Shown: piece by piece, positions 52,826-63,286 of the stretch
Position numbering within the stretch: position 1 is the stretch's first letter
Layout of the letters: the number at the start of each line of letters is the position of its first letter
Assembly (NCBI GenBank): GCA_937625935.1
Contig: OW569355.1
Location: 496,001-560,000, forward strand
Reading direction: 5' to 3'
Length of the DNA stretch: 64,000 nucleotides
DNA from: Tetramitus jugosus
Taxonomy: Eukaryota > Protista > Heterolobosea
Position numbers and translations under genes: made by a program
The notes under the pieces: model-generated
The model's database searches: none
Told to the model about the DNA's origin: nothing
What the model saw: only the letters and a program-made list of their open reading frames with translations

Positions 52826-55174
52826 TCATTTGAGGGCACTTCTGTGGTTACTTCGAATGCTGGGGAGCTTGACTTTTTGATCTTTAGGTTTCACAAGTGT
52901 CGTACTGTTCGAGCTACCATATTTGAGAAGTAATTCTGTTGAACTGGAAGAGGATATGGACTCGAGTTCCAGTCTTTCCTGGTCGAGCGCGTCTCTGGTC
53001 TTTGTAATACTGGGGTTAACGATATCCAAGTGAGCTTTCCGATAGAAACGATTGAGTCTGTCCATGGCATCTTCATTTCTTTTCTTGTGGTTCTTTGGTT
53101 TTCTTCTCTTACTCTTTAGGAATGCTTTCATTAGACTGGCATTCTCGAATCCCCACTCCTCGGCAATTGTATTCCGCGACTTGTTCTGCTGTTTGGAAAC
53201 TTCTTGAGATTTGTCCTGAGTTTCCTGATGTACCTCTCCTATCTTTGATTCGGAGTTCTCTACTGCTAATTCTTCTCGATTGTGTTCAGTTGTTTGATAA
53301 TTGGAGTGGTTGGGCTCTGAAGCTTCTTTCAGGTCCACCCAATTTTGTCTGATAATTGGAGATTTTCTTTCAGATAGAGGTAGGATTGACGAAGATTGAT
53401 GGTCTGAATTAAGGTAGTAAATCCGAGTCGTTCGGATGCTTGGGATTGTCCCAACCAGATCAAAGTTGTTCGTGTCGTCCAGAAATCGAATATCGTCATC
53501 AAAATTCTCATCGTGATCTCCCAGCTCGAACAAGTACTCCTTCTCTAGTTGTTGGGCCTTCTTGATTAGTTGACGAACATAGTATCCCTTCCAAAGAGCT
53601 TGAATCCGACATGCAGCATCGATTCTTTTTCTCAATAAGGGGAGTAGCCACGGATAAATGTGCTTCCGTGTCACGTATCCTCTCCATAGTCGTTGGATAG
53701 AGATAGCAGCAGCTTTACTTCGAGAAGTTCGGTTTTCTTTGCATCTTCTAAAGAACTTCACAATAGTCATCACTGCTCTGGTAGACAGTTGTTCTTCTCT
53801 CTTGATGACTACATTCAGATTTTGATCTTGCGATGATGAATACTCGATCGATTGTATTAGGTTCTGTTCCACACTTTGTTCTTCCTTCTCTGACTCGATC
53901 ATTCGTTCGCCCTCCACATCTGACGAAGAGCTGAAAGTATCATGCTGTTCTGTATCTTGATCGTAGGAGGGTTCGTGATGAACAATCAGATTTGTGGCTT
54001 CTGAGCTGGAACGTGTCTCTTCTGTTTCCTCATACTCTTCCCTGTTCTCTCTTTCCTCTGATCCATTGTTACAACTCTCCTGTTCTTCTTTGCTACTGAA
54101 GTAATCTTGAATTTTGTCGGTATCGAACTCGTCATCGACGTTGTTTTCATCCTTGACATCCAGGACGAAGTATTCCCTTATCACTTCCTTATCTGCTTCT
54201 TTTTTTTGTTGTATCGCTTCTCTGAGCTCTCTCTCCTCTTCTTCCAATTGCTTCCGTCGAGCTTCCTTTTCTATTCTCTTCTGCTCGAGTTCTTCAGTCT
54301 CCTTTCTCTCACTTTCAAGTCTTCTATGTTCCTCTTGTACTTTCATAATCTTTTCCGCCTCTCGTCGTTTTCTCTCATCCAAAATTCTCTTACGCTCTAG
54401 CTCTAATTTTTCTCTTCGCAATTCTTGCTGTTTCCTCTCTTGTTCGAGCAGTTGTTTCTCCTTCTCCAAGCGATAATGTTCGATCAACTTCTCCCTCTCC
54501 CTTCTCTCTGCCTCTAACCTATTCTGTTCTCTTTCGAATAGTTCTTGTTTTTCTTTCATTCTTCTCCTTTTCTCCTCGATACGCGCTTCGATCATCTGTT
54601 TCTTCCTTTGCATGTCCTCCCTTCTCTCCTTGACTTCAGCCGGGACTTTCTCATTCTTAGTTTGTGATAAAATCTCGATCAAAGGAACTGTATCAACGTT
54701 ATCATTGACAGTATCAACAATGGCATCCTTCAAAATCTCAGAGTCGAACATCTCTGATGATTCATCCATCTTTTGACAGCTCAGGGTCGTTGTTTCGAGA
54801 CTATCATCCATATCCTTAACATTCCATTCACTGGTGCTGCTAGAAATACCTCTGACTTCTTCTTGGAGTTTGTTCCAATTTGTTAGAATAAAATCTGTTG
54901 TCGAGGATAGATTTCTTTTCACTTCCTCCAATAGATCTCTCCGTTGCACTTCACTATTCGGGAAATTTGAATCCACCTGTTGCATATCGCACTCGGATTC
55001 TTCGTCACTACTGTCCCAATCATCGTAAGTTATCCCTTGTTTCTCTAGAGCTGAAAATCGCCTGTTTAACTCTTCTTCGAACTCTTCGTCATATTCTTCC
55101 TCATCGAACTCATCATCAGACACATTTTCTTCCTCTTCTTCTTCATTGTCAAGCTCTCCCTCATCAATATTCAT
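52826..55174 (-). CDS. Acidic coiled-coil protein with IQ calmodulin-binding motifs
   Basis: AAISIQRLWRGYVTRK and AACRIQALWKGYYVRQ; E/R/K-rich helix. Confidence 0.75.
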   Translation of the reverse strand: MNIDEGELDNEEEEEENVSDDEFDEEEYDEEFEEELNRRFSALEKQGITYDDWDSSDEESECDMQQVDSNFPNSEVQRRDLLEEVKRNLSSTTDFILTNWNKLQEEVRGISSSTSEWNVKDMDDSLETTTLSCQKMDESSEMFDSEILKDAIVDTVNDNVDTVPLIEILSQTKNEKVPAEVKERREDMQRKKQMIEARIEEKRRRMKEKQELFEREQNRLEAERREREKLIEHYRLEKEKQLLEQERKQQELRREKLELERKRILDERKRREAEKIMKVQEEHRRLESERKETEELEQKRIEKEARRKQLEEEERELREAIQQKKEADKEVIREYFVLDVKDENNVDDEFDTDKIQDYFSSKEEQESCNNGSEERENREEYEETEETRSSSEATNLIVHHEPSYDQDTEQHDTFSSSSDVEGERMIESEKEEQSVEQNLIQSIEYSSSQDQNLNVVIKREEQLSTRAVMTIVKFFRRCKENRTSRSKAAAISIQRLWRGYVTRKHIYPWLLPLLRKRIDAACRIQALWKGYYVRQLIKKAQQLEKEYLFELGDHDENFDDDIRFLDDTNNFDLVGTIPSIRTTRIYYLNSDHQSSSILPLSERKSPIIRQNWVDLKEASEPNHSNYQTTEHNREELAVENSESKIGEVHQETQDKSQEVSKQQNKSRNTIAEEWGFENASLMKAFLKSKRRKPKNHKKRNEDAMDRLNRFYRKAHLDIVNPSITKTRDALDQERLELESISSSSSTELLLKYGSSNSTTLVKPKDQKVKLPSIRSNHRSALK

Positions 55175-55582
55175 TGTCCACAAAGTCTTTGATTATTGAT
55201 CAAAAGCATTGCGAGCTTTCTTGAGCGGAGGATAGTGTTATTGACTCCTAATTTGGCGCCTGATCGAATTGTACAGAGACGTGGCGCGAAAGGATCGGTG
55301 AATTTGTTAACCCCGATGTCGGTTCAATATCTACGAATCCGTTTGTCCTGACGTCATGTCCTCCAATGGCCCACTTGACCTTCAACTTACTCCACTGTTT
55401 ACAAAGGATTACTCCGATAGAGTGAATATCTACAGTTGTGCAGCCTTTTGCCAGTTAAGAAGAGAATAGCAGAGTAGGGAGGGTGCAAACCGTTAAGCGA
55501 GTCTTTCCTACCGTAGTTTCATTTCAATTCAAAACCAACAAAGACAACAACCCAAAACCCAAATCAAAGTAACAACGTAACA

Positions 55583-56076
55583 ATGGTATGTCAATGATGA
55601 GTCCGTCTGTGGAGTAAAGAAAGATACTAACTCTTCCTCAACACACTCAGGCAACAGGAGTAAAAGTGAATGATGAATGTATGAGAGATTACAACGACTT
55701 GAAGACCAAGAAGGCCTACAAGTACTTGATTTTCACCATGTCCGACGACATGAAGGAAATTATTGTCCAAGAGAAGGGAGCACGAGAACTCTCCTATGCT
55801 GACTTGTACAACAAGTTGCAAAACGAAATGGTAAAGGACCCAAAGTACGTTGTTGTTGACCACAGCTACGAAGTCGATGGATTGAGAGAAAAGATTGTTT
55901 TCATTAACTGGATTCCTGAAGGTTCCCCTGTTAAGAAGAAGATGATCTTCGCATCTAGCAAGGCTGCTTTGAAGCAAAGATTGCAAGGAATTCACTTTGA
56001 AATTCAAGGAACTGACTTGAGTGAAGTCGTGGAAGAAAAGTTGACTGAGAAGGCTTTGAGCTTGAACAGAAACTAA
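55583..56076 (+). CDS. ADF/cofilin, join(55583..55585,55651..56076)
   Basis: M|ATGVKVNDEC, KIVFINWIPE...VKKKMIFASSK..LK..L.G, IQGTD.SE; 65-nt intron directly after the ATG. Confidence 0.93.
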
Positions 56077-56184
56077 ACTTGTAAAATTGTCAAAAAGTGT
56101 AATTGTAGATCCACACCCGTTCAACCCGTTTTTTCTCCGTCAATCGATAACAAGAACGTTCCTTCAAGAAAGAGATCACACAAA

Positions 56185-57285
56185 ATGGCAAACACTCAAT
56201 CCTTCCGCAGCACAACCGTCATTGATGTTGGATCCATCAACACACGGATCGGCAATGTCATCCACCAGGAGGAGTCACAACTGCTGTCGAATTTTGAGAG
56301 TGCGATCAAGATTGTTCCTTCTTCTGTTTCCATTGTGAACAAGTATGGAAAGTCAAGATCTGCTTGTCCCATGGAACAAGGTGTGATCACTGATTGGGTT
56401 GCTTGGGAGAAATTGTTATCGGGTCATGAGAGTAATGATAATAGTGGTGCTGCTGCACTGGATTCGCTGTTTCTGACAGAGTCTCCATTCAACACGAATC
56501 AAATGAGAGAGAAGATGGGAGAGATTTGTTTCGAGTCGTTTCATACAAGGCGACTCGCAATCGAAAACACTGCCGTTACTAGCTTACGATCCACTGTTTC
56601 ATCAGATGAAGCAGAATATTCTCTGACTGGTGTTGTGATAGATTCTGGGTACGGTGATACGACTATTGTGCCAGTGTACGATGGCATGACAATGATTAAG
56701 AGTGCGTTTAAGATTGAATTGGCAGGAATGTTGATTGATCAGCTGGTGCAGCAGCATTTGAATTGTGATGCGACTGGTGCCGATGAATGGAAGAAACAAA
56801 ATTGTCGCGTAGCATTAGATTTTGAAAGTGTGTTGCCTGATACGCGTGATATCTATCGGTTCTGCGAAGTCATGTTCAATCCAGAGATATCGGATCAAAA
56901 GAAACAATATGCAAAATTTTTTGGTGACTTGTACAATGTGGAGATGGACAAGTTTAATGGATTGGGTGTCGAAGTTTGGAGAAGCATTGTTCAGTCGGAC
57001 AGTTCGATCCGTGAGGAACTCTATGAGAATATTCTCCTGTGTGGTGGGAATACTCTGTTCCCTGGATTGGAGAACAGACTGGAGAAAGAAGTGAAACAAT
57101 TGGCACCAGATTATGTTCAAGTCGTAGTGAACAAGGCAGGTGATCATCCATTCGAGAGACAGCACGCTGCATGCATTGGTGCTTGCAAGATGGCACAAGA
57201 CGCTTCCTTTTCTTCTTGGATCACACCCGAGCAGTATCAAGAACAAGGTCCATCCATCCTCCACAGACAAGAATCAGACCTATAA
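56185..57285 (+). CDS. Divergent actin-related protein
   Basis: VIDVGS..TRIG, GVITDW..WEK, LTESPFN...REK..EI.FE, VVIDSG...T.IVPVYDG, NILLCGG.TLFPG...RL.KE. Confidence 0.85.
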   Translation: MANTQSFRSTTVIDVGSINTRIGNVIHQEESQLLSNFESAIKIVPSSVSIVNKYGKSRSACPMEQGVITDWVAWEKLLSGHESNDNSGAAALDSLFLTESPFNTNQMREKMGEICFESFHTRRLAIENTAVTSLRSTVSSDEAEYSLTGVVIDSGYGDTTIVPVYDGMTMIKSAFKIELAGMLIDQLVQQHLNCDATGADEWKKQNCRVALDFESVLPDTRDIYRFCEVMFNPEISDQKKQYAKFFGDLYNVEMDKFNGLGVEVWRSIVQSDSSIREELYENILLCGGNTLFPGLENRLEKEVKQLAPDYVQVVVNKAGDHPFERQHAACIGACKMAQDASFSSWITPEQYQEQGPSILHRQESDL

Positions 57286-57407
57286 ACGTAATTTATACTT
57301 CACCTCTGTGAACCATTTCCAATACAACACTTTTGTCGCCAAAACAAACACCGGAAAATTGATCATCATTTCCCCTCCAAACAAAAAACAAAAAAAACGC
57401 GTTGTTC

Positions 57408-57704
57408 ATGAACAAAACAACAACAGCAGCAGCGAAACCAGCACTATCACTGGCCTATTTCATTGTTCGTTCACAATCATTATTCTTCTACCGTGATATT
57501 TTAAAAACATTGCGTCAAGTCGATCCCATCATTGCCAAAGAAATTCGCAGAGAAGTCAAACAAAAATTTGAGAGCAGTCGGGGAATTATAGAAGCAAGCA
57601 CTTGTAGAAGATTACTGGCAGAAGGAAGAGTAGAGTTTAAACAGTTGACCAATATTATGTCATTGTCTGCTCATTCAAGTCAACAACAACAAGACGAAGA
57701 ATAA
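57408..57704 (+). CDS. LYR-motif mitochondrial protein (LYRM2-like)
   Basis: LSL..FI.R.Q.L.FYRDILK..R...F pattern; 98 aa. Confidence 0.65.
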   Translation: MNKTTTAAAKPALSLAYFIVRSQSLFFYRDILKTLRQVDPIIAKEIRREVKQKFESSRGIIEASTCRRLLAEGRVEFKQLTNIMSLSAHSSQQQQDEE

Positions 57705-57800
57705 CAATTATTATTAAGTGAAATTGTATCAAATTTTCCATCAAAAAAATCAACAACAACAACACCAATAACAACAACAACATATCACACACAAAAAAAC

Positions 57801-58601
57801 ATGACATCAACATTATCTAAACAATTCATATCATTGCCTCAATTCCTCCAACGAATTCATTACGTTATGCCATCTTCAAACCAATCAACAACATTCCATC
57901 ATCAACATCAACATCAACATCATTTGAAGTCATCATTATTAAACAATTCAATGAATGTGAGTCGATTGATTGGATTGGACGTGGGACAAAAGTTTGTTGG
58001 TATTGCTCTATCGGATGATGAGAATAGAGTGGCAATCGCAAGTGATTTTGGTCTCAAGAGATTCAAGAATGATCATAACATGCATGAAATGAGTCAAGCA
58101 CTGGATGAAATATGTGAACAGAATAATGTCATGGCATTGGTCGTTGGTGTACCATCTGCTTTCACTTCACACGTGCTTGATATTTGTCATTTTGTTCAGC
58201 ATTTGACCAATTATCATCATCATCAGCAGCAGCATGCAGTACCATCATCGCAATTAACACAAGAAAAGACAAGGAATCATTATTATCAATTGAAGCGATT
58301 ACCACATTTGCCAATTCTGTTACAGGATGAAACATATACGACGTATGAGGCCTATGGCGACGTGCATCAGGGAAAGCGTCACTTATCAGCCGACACCAAA
58401 TCAGATATTCTCTCGACCATGTCAGCTGAAGAGAAACGGCACTTGGATCAAGCTGCTGCGGCGCGTATCCTACAGAGAACACTGGACGATATACATGAAC
58501 ACATTCGAATTTATCACCAACAGAAACAACAACGAGAGCAAGAACAGCAGAGACGACATGGACAAGACAAGCAACAACGGAGGAATAAGAGTACGAACTG
58601 A
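57801..58601 (+). CDS. YqgF/RuvX-family RNase H-fold nuclease
   Basis: LIGLDVG.K.VGIALSD, LVVGVP, QDETYTT, LDQAAA..ILQ. Confidence 0.88.
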   Translation: MTSTLSKQFISLPQFLQRIHYVMPSSNQSTTFHHQHQHQHHLKSSLLNNSMNVSRLIGLDVGQKFVGIALSDDENRVAIASDFGLKRFKNDHNMHEMSQALDEICEQNNVMALVVGVPSAFTSHVLDICHFVQHLTNYHHHQQQHAVPSSQLTQEKTRNHYYQLKRLPHLPILLQDETYTTYEAYGDVHQGKRHLSADTKSDILSTMSAEEKRHLDQAAAARILQRTLDDIHEHIRIYHQQKQQREQEQQRRHGQDKQQRRNKSTN

Positions 58602-58648
58602 ATACATGGCAGCAATTGTTTGGAGTTTTAACGAAACTTTTATTCTTT

Positions 58649-61465
58649 TTATTCCTTGTCGAGGAACATGACACTGATGAGACTGTTGATGTAAGAGTCG
58701 ACCATGGATGGATTCTGACTGCTTCCTCCCATGAACTTCCATTTGTATGTCACGTCAATCTTGTCGCCTTCATTAAAGTGCAAGTACTCTCGGTATGGAT
58801 CCACGTACTTGCCATTCACATAAGCATCGATTTGCATCAAGAATTGGAACACTTCACCATTCTTGGCGTCATGCAAACTCTTTCGAATAAACATTTCTCT
58901 CTCATTGGGTGTCATTCCTTCCAGTTCTGATTCACTGTCCTCTTTTTGACCCTTTTCACGCCATCCTGGGTCTTGCTTCATTGGTTCGGCATAAATAACA
59001 ATCACATTGTCTCGAGAGTTGAAGGATTGATCCATGCAAATCTTGATGGCCTTGCAATCCGATCCCACAAAGTGCTCAGACACAATCTTGTTACATATTG
59101 TTTCGAACAGTGCTGTCGTGTATTGGAACATCTTCTCAGCAATATATGTGCCTCCGAATGTGTATCTGTCCATCTCTGCAAGACTAATGAACTCAAATCC
59201 AAAAATGTTCAATGTGTTGTGATAGGCCATAAACATTCCCTGCATCGATCCTATTCTCGCCTGGAATGAATACTTGATGAATGCTGTTCTAATGAGATCG
59301 TAGAACTCTCTTTCGAACGAGTTGATCACTCCATTGATATGCTGTGGTCTCAAATCAGAAACTGACTCATATATCCGTATGTTGTTTCTGACTTCATTGA
59401 TCGCTCTGGTCTTAATATCAAACACAAAAGGATCTGGCAATGGATTCGTTTCTTCTCTCAGTGCACAATCCAACTGAGATCGAATCACAATGCCTCCGTA
59501 CTTCATATAGTTGTACGCTTCACGATCATCTGGCGAGATCGTAGTGTGTTCTGCGAGCACTTGAGTTTGGAATCTCTCTGGTTCCATCACCAACATCTTC
59601 TCCATACTCTTACCCAGGTCGAGTAGAATTTGATTGGCAGGTGCAATGGCATCGATACCATTGTGAGAATCAATACTCCACATGTTTTCGTCCGCTGAGC
59701 TCTTACGAAGAACGACACACTTGCCTCTCATGATACCAGAGGTAAATGCTGATGGTGCACCTCTGAATGATGGCAACAGATCTGCATTGGTCGGTCTATA
59801 ACGACTCAATACATTGTACAGCATTGTCAATGGACCTGAGAGTGAACTTGTACTGGCCTTGAACGTGCATCCCTCCTTCTTGGCAATGCCATTCAAATCT
59901 TCATCTCTGGAAGTGGTCACAAATGGTGCCAAATTGGAGAAGTTGACCTCATTTGGCTGATGAATCTTCTCCAGGAATGGAGCAAAATGATACACCTTCT
60001 CATACTTGTTATAATAAGAATCAATGTTCAACAGGGAGTGCAATCCAGGTTCAAACACCACTTGTTCCAAATTGTGAGCCAATACTTCGACTGGTGGTTG
60101 CTTTGTAATCGATTCTACCTTTGTAGGGTTTTCCTTGGGCAACACCAATTGAATCTCCGGTTCACGAACCAACTCATTCTTGTGAATATCGACACGAATC
60201 TTCTTATAGGAGTAATCTTTGAGACCGTGGAACAAATCATCTGGGTCGTACTCTGCCAAACTCGATCGATACTCTACAGGTTCACTCACATCATAAATAA
60301 TACCCATATTCTTCAGATTGACTTGTTCTTCAATGATTGCATGCTGCACTTTTCGATTGTAAATCATTTGCTTGGTCGATAGCATGACTGGTCTCTTTCC
60401 TGCTCTTCTTCGATCGGATGGATGTTGTCTGTCTGCTGAAAAAGCAGATGCTTGTGATGCAGCAGCAGCAGCACCACCACCACCTGATGACTCTACATCA
60501 TCAAACACTCCAGAGATGAAATTAACAGTGGACGAAGAAGAACTCGTCTTGTTGTTATTGTTCACTGACGATGATGCATTGTTGATGCTTGAGCTAGAGC
60601 TACTATTGTGATGATGAGAATCAAATTCAGTGCTTCTCTTCCTGTTTTGTTGAGAATTGGAACTCGTTGAAAAAACAGGAAAAGCAGTTGAAAAAGCAGA
60701 TGCCAAGTCATTGTTCATGTTTTCAGTCAATGGTGCAGCACTACCTTCAGAGCCTACTAGGTGATTCACAGCAGTGGTAGTAGTAGCATCAGTGGTGGTA
60801 GTAGCAACTGGTTGTTGGTCTTCCTTGTAATAATCACTGGATATTGTTTCGAGTAAACGAGCAGAAATGTCAATTCGAGGTGTTTCCTTGCCTCGAGCAA
60901 TGTTATTGTTGTTGCTATATGATGATGATGATCCAATTTGCTGTTGTTGTTGTTGTTGTTGATCCTTTTGTGGATGATGATGGTGGTGATGATGATGATG
61001 GTGATGATAAAAGTGATGACGACGAGCAGCATTCTGAGAACGACGATTCTTCTTTTGATGATTCAATGATGATGATGATGATTTGCGGTCCTTTGAATCT
61101 TGTTGCTGTTGTTGTTCATTGTTTGATGCTTGTTGTTGTTTTTCTTGTTGTGATTTCTTCTGTTGTTGTTGTTGATTAGTTGTTGTTGTTGTTGAGGATG
61201 AAGAAGGTTGCTTGTGTTTATGATGCTGATGCTGATGGTTCTTGGAATGAGAATGTGGTGGGGATGCTTTTTGTTGAGTTGCTTGAGTCGTTTCATCAGA
61301 GAAGAGTGAAATGGATGTGTGATAAGAGCCGTACTGATAATGATGATGATGACTCAGTGGTGGTGCAAGGCGATTGATGCTGTTGATGCTTGGGATGCAA
61401 TACAAATTTCTGGCCAAGGTATTACCACCGGTGGATAGGAATTTGCGTCTTGATGCTTGCAACAT
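58649..61465 (-). CDS. PET127: Pet127 mitochondrial RNA-processing 5'-3' exoribonuclease
   Basis: STSSL, LGKSMEK.L, RSQLDC, VFDIKTRA, SFEREFYDLIR.AF.KYS.QARIG.M.G.F.AYHN, FGFEF; presequence-like N-terminus. Confidence 0.88.
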   Translation of the reverse strand: MLQASRRKFLSTGGNTLARNLYCIPSINSINRLAPPLSHHHHYQYGSYHTSISLFSDETTQATQQKASPPHSHSKNHQHQHHKHKQPSSSSTTTTTNQQQQQKKSQQEKQQQASNNEQQQQQDSKDRKSSSSSLNHQKKNRRSQNAARRHHFYHHHHHHHHHHHPQKDQQQQQQQQIGSSSSYSNNNNIARGKETPRIDISARLLETISSDYYKEDQQPVATTTTDATTTTAVNHLVGSEGSAAPLTENMNNDLASAFSTAFPVFSTSSNSQQNRKRSTEFDSHHHNSSSSSSINNASSSVNNNNKTSSSSSTVNFISGVFDDVESSGGGGAAAAASQASAFSADRQHPSDRRRAGKRPVMLSTKQMIYNRKVQHAIIEEQVNLKNMGIIYDVSEPVEYRSSLAEYDPDDLFHGLKDYSYKKIRVDIHKNELVREPEIQLVLPKENPTKVESITKQPPVEVLAHNLEQVVFEPGLHSLLNIDSYYNKYEKVYHFAPFLEKIHQPNEVNFSNLAPFVTTSRDEDLNGIAKKEGCTFKASTSSLSGPLTMLYNVLSRYRPTNADLLPSFRGAPSAFTSGIMRGKCVVLRKSSADENMWSIDSHNGIDAIAPANQILLDLGKSMEKMLVMEPERFQTQVLAEHTTISPDDREAYNYMKYGGIVIRSQLDCALREETNPLPDPFVFDIKTRAINEVRNNIRIYESVSDLRPQHINGVINSFEREFYDLIRTAFIKYSFQARIGSMQGMFMAYHNTLNIFGFEFISLAEMDRYTFGGTYIAEKMFQYTTALFETICNKIVSEHFVGSDCKAIKICMDQSFNSRDNVIVIYAEPMKQDPGWREKGQKEDSESELEGMTPNEREMFIRKSLHDAKNGEVFQFLMQIDAYVNGKYVDPYREYLHFNEGDKIDVTYKWKFMGGSSQNPSMVDSYINSLISVMFLDKE
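60918..61195. repeat. GAT/GTT trinucleotide tracts encoding poly-H/Q/S/T in the Pet127 N-terminus
   Basis: Seen directly. Confidence 0.8.
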
Positions 61466-61577
61466 GTTGAGTCAGATGTGATTGATTGGGGTGTGACTTC
61501 AAGTTTTTGTTTGTGTGGAAAAGCTTCTTTTGAGGATGTGAAAAATTGAAAAAATTGTTCAATGAATGGCGCGAAAG

Positions 61578-62567
61578 TTATCCGCAATTATCCGACTGGA
61601 AATGCTGGAACTGGTGGAGAAGAATGGCAGCAACTTGACTCACGTTCATGGAGTCGTAAGAATGGGCCATTGGGATATGAATGTAGGAGATATTGGGCAA
61701 GAGAGAGGAGAATTCGCGCTCATCGCCTGAGTGCTCATGATTGAGCATGACACAGAGGTGTTTCTGTCTCTGCAGGTCATCCAATGGTTCACGATCTGAG
61801 CTCGCTGGATGAAGGCGATAAACTGGATGTTTTTCAATCGATTTTTGTGTCTCGCAGGTCGATATGAGACAGGATATCTCTGGTGCATAGTTCATCCACT
61901 TGACAAACGACTCTTGCGAGCACGTGATCAATGGAAGAGAAAATATGGTCGTTCTGGAGCTCTTGATCACCTTTTCATTGAATGGAGATATCGATCCATC
62001 GAGAATGACCATTGAATCATAGCCCAGGCTATAAGAACTTCGCATAATGGTTCCCAAATTACCTGGATCCTCCAATTTGTTGATCACAACAGTTCGTTGG
62101 CATGACCGTAACTTTTGAAAGGCCAATGTTTCATCAATTGCATCACTGTAGAACAACGAGCGGTGATTCTTTTCGTTGCTACTGTTGGATTGCATTCGAT
62201 TGAGATGAGGATAAGAAAACGTTGCACATATTCCATTGGTAGACTGCACATTGCACACACTCCGTATGATCGAATCATTGGTCACAACGACCACCAAGTC
62301 ATCGTGACTCTTTGGTGACTCCGTCATCACTAGTCGGCTCAAGTTCTCATTCGAGTGCAAGAGTTGTTCATTGGACACCAATAGGCAATTCGGTTTTATT
62401 CGATGTAATTGCAAGCATTCATCCACCATTTTCTCACCATGAATCAGAATGTTGACATCATGCCACTGTTGTTTCTTGACTGACAATGGAAGATGTTCTC
62501 TTTGTTTGATCAACCGTTTCACCAATGGATTCTGTGCACTTGTGATACGTTGAATGACATGTTGCAT
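61578..62567 (-). CDS. SpoU/TrmH-family 2'-O RNA methyltransferase (MRM3-like)
   Basis: ITS.QNPLVK, EDPGNLGTIMRS, N.KVIKSS, HIPM....DSMNVS..AAILL. Confidence 0.85.
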   Translation of the reverse strand: MQHVIQRITSAQNPLVKRLIKQREHLPLSVKKQQWHDVNILIHGEKMVDECLQLHRIKPNCLLVSNEQLLHSNENLSRLVMTESPKSHDDLVVVVTNDSIIRSVCNVQSTNGICATFSYPHLNRMQSNSSNEKNHRSLFYSDAIDETLAFQKLRSCQRTVVINKLEDPGNLGTIMRSSYSLGYDSMVILDGSISPFNEKVIKSSRTTIFSLPLITCSQESFVKWMNYAPEISCLISTCETQKSIEKHPVYRLHPASSDREPLDDLQRQKHLCVMLNHEHSGDEREFSSLLPNISYIHIPMAHSYDSMNVSQVAAILLHQFQHFQSDNCG

Positions 62568-62642
62568 TTCTGTTTCTCTTTTGGTTGTTGTTTGATTGTT
62601 TTTTCAGTGGTTCTTTTGGTTCTTGTCAAGGAGAATTGTTAC

Positions 62643-63286
62643 CTACCAACCAAGACATGCCAAACAACTGATCCTTCCTCTCCGTAATGTTCCTGCACCC
62701 TCCCTTAGTCTTTCTGATTCTTCTCTATAGTTCTCCCTGTCAGCGCTCTTTAGCAGTTTTTCAACATTCTCTACGGTTGCTTCCTTTATTCCGTCCATCT
62801 TTACCTGGAGTTCAACCAGCTTCGAATTGTTTTCATCGTTGTACCATTTCTAAGTTTTCAGATGAAATGATACTCGAGTTAATATTATCAGGAACTAGAA
62901 ATGCTGGACAAGTCGTCAAAATGTTGTAATAGCTAGAAGGTACTCACCATCTTTTGAATCAAAATCTTCTTAGTGTTGGATCCGTTGGCTGCAATGTTCA
63001 TTCGTGTAACCTCTCTATCTACTTCGTTTAAACATGCCCAAACAATCTTTCTGTTGAACCCATAGTCAGTAACAGCAAAGTATGTCTTGTTGTCATGGTT
63101 CTTGTAGTGGAATTCATAAGGCTTCTGCTTCAGAGTCTTTCTTTCACCATTGTTCTTTAAAATCTTTGGATAAATAATATTTACAATCACTTCTCTCACA
63201 TTTCCACCCTTGCCTTCACTGTACTCGGCCAAGAGTCGACCACTGTCCATAACAGCTAAGAACAATATCTGATACTCTGCGCTCAT
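62643..63286 (-). CDS. Longin-domain protein with degenerate SNARE motif and no TM; intron 62850..62947
   Basis: Exon 1 resembles the VAMP7 at 49664 (PKI..N..R.TL.Q...EFHYK, YF.V, .VWA). A GTGAGT...TAG intron leads to KWYNDENNSKLVELQVKMDGIKEATVENVEKLL...ISCLACLGW*. Confidence 0.7.
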
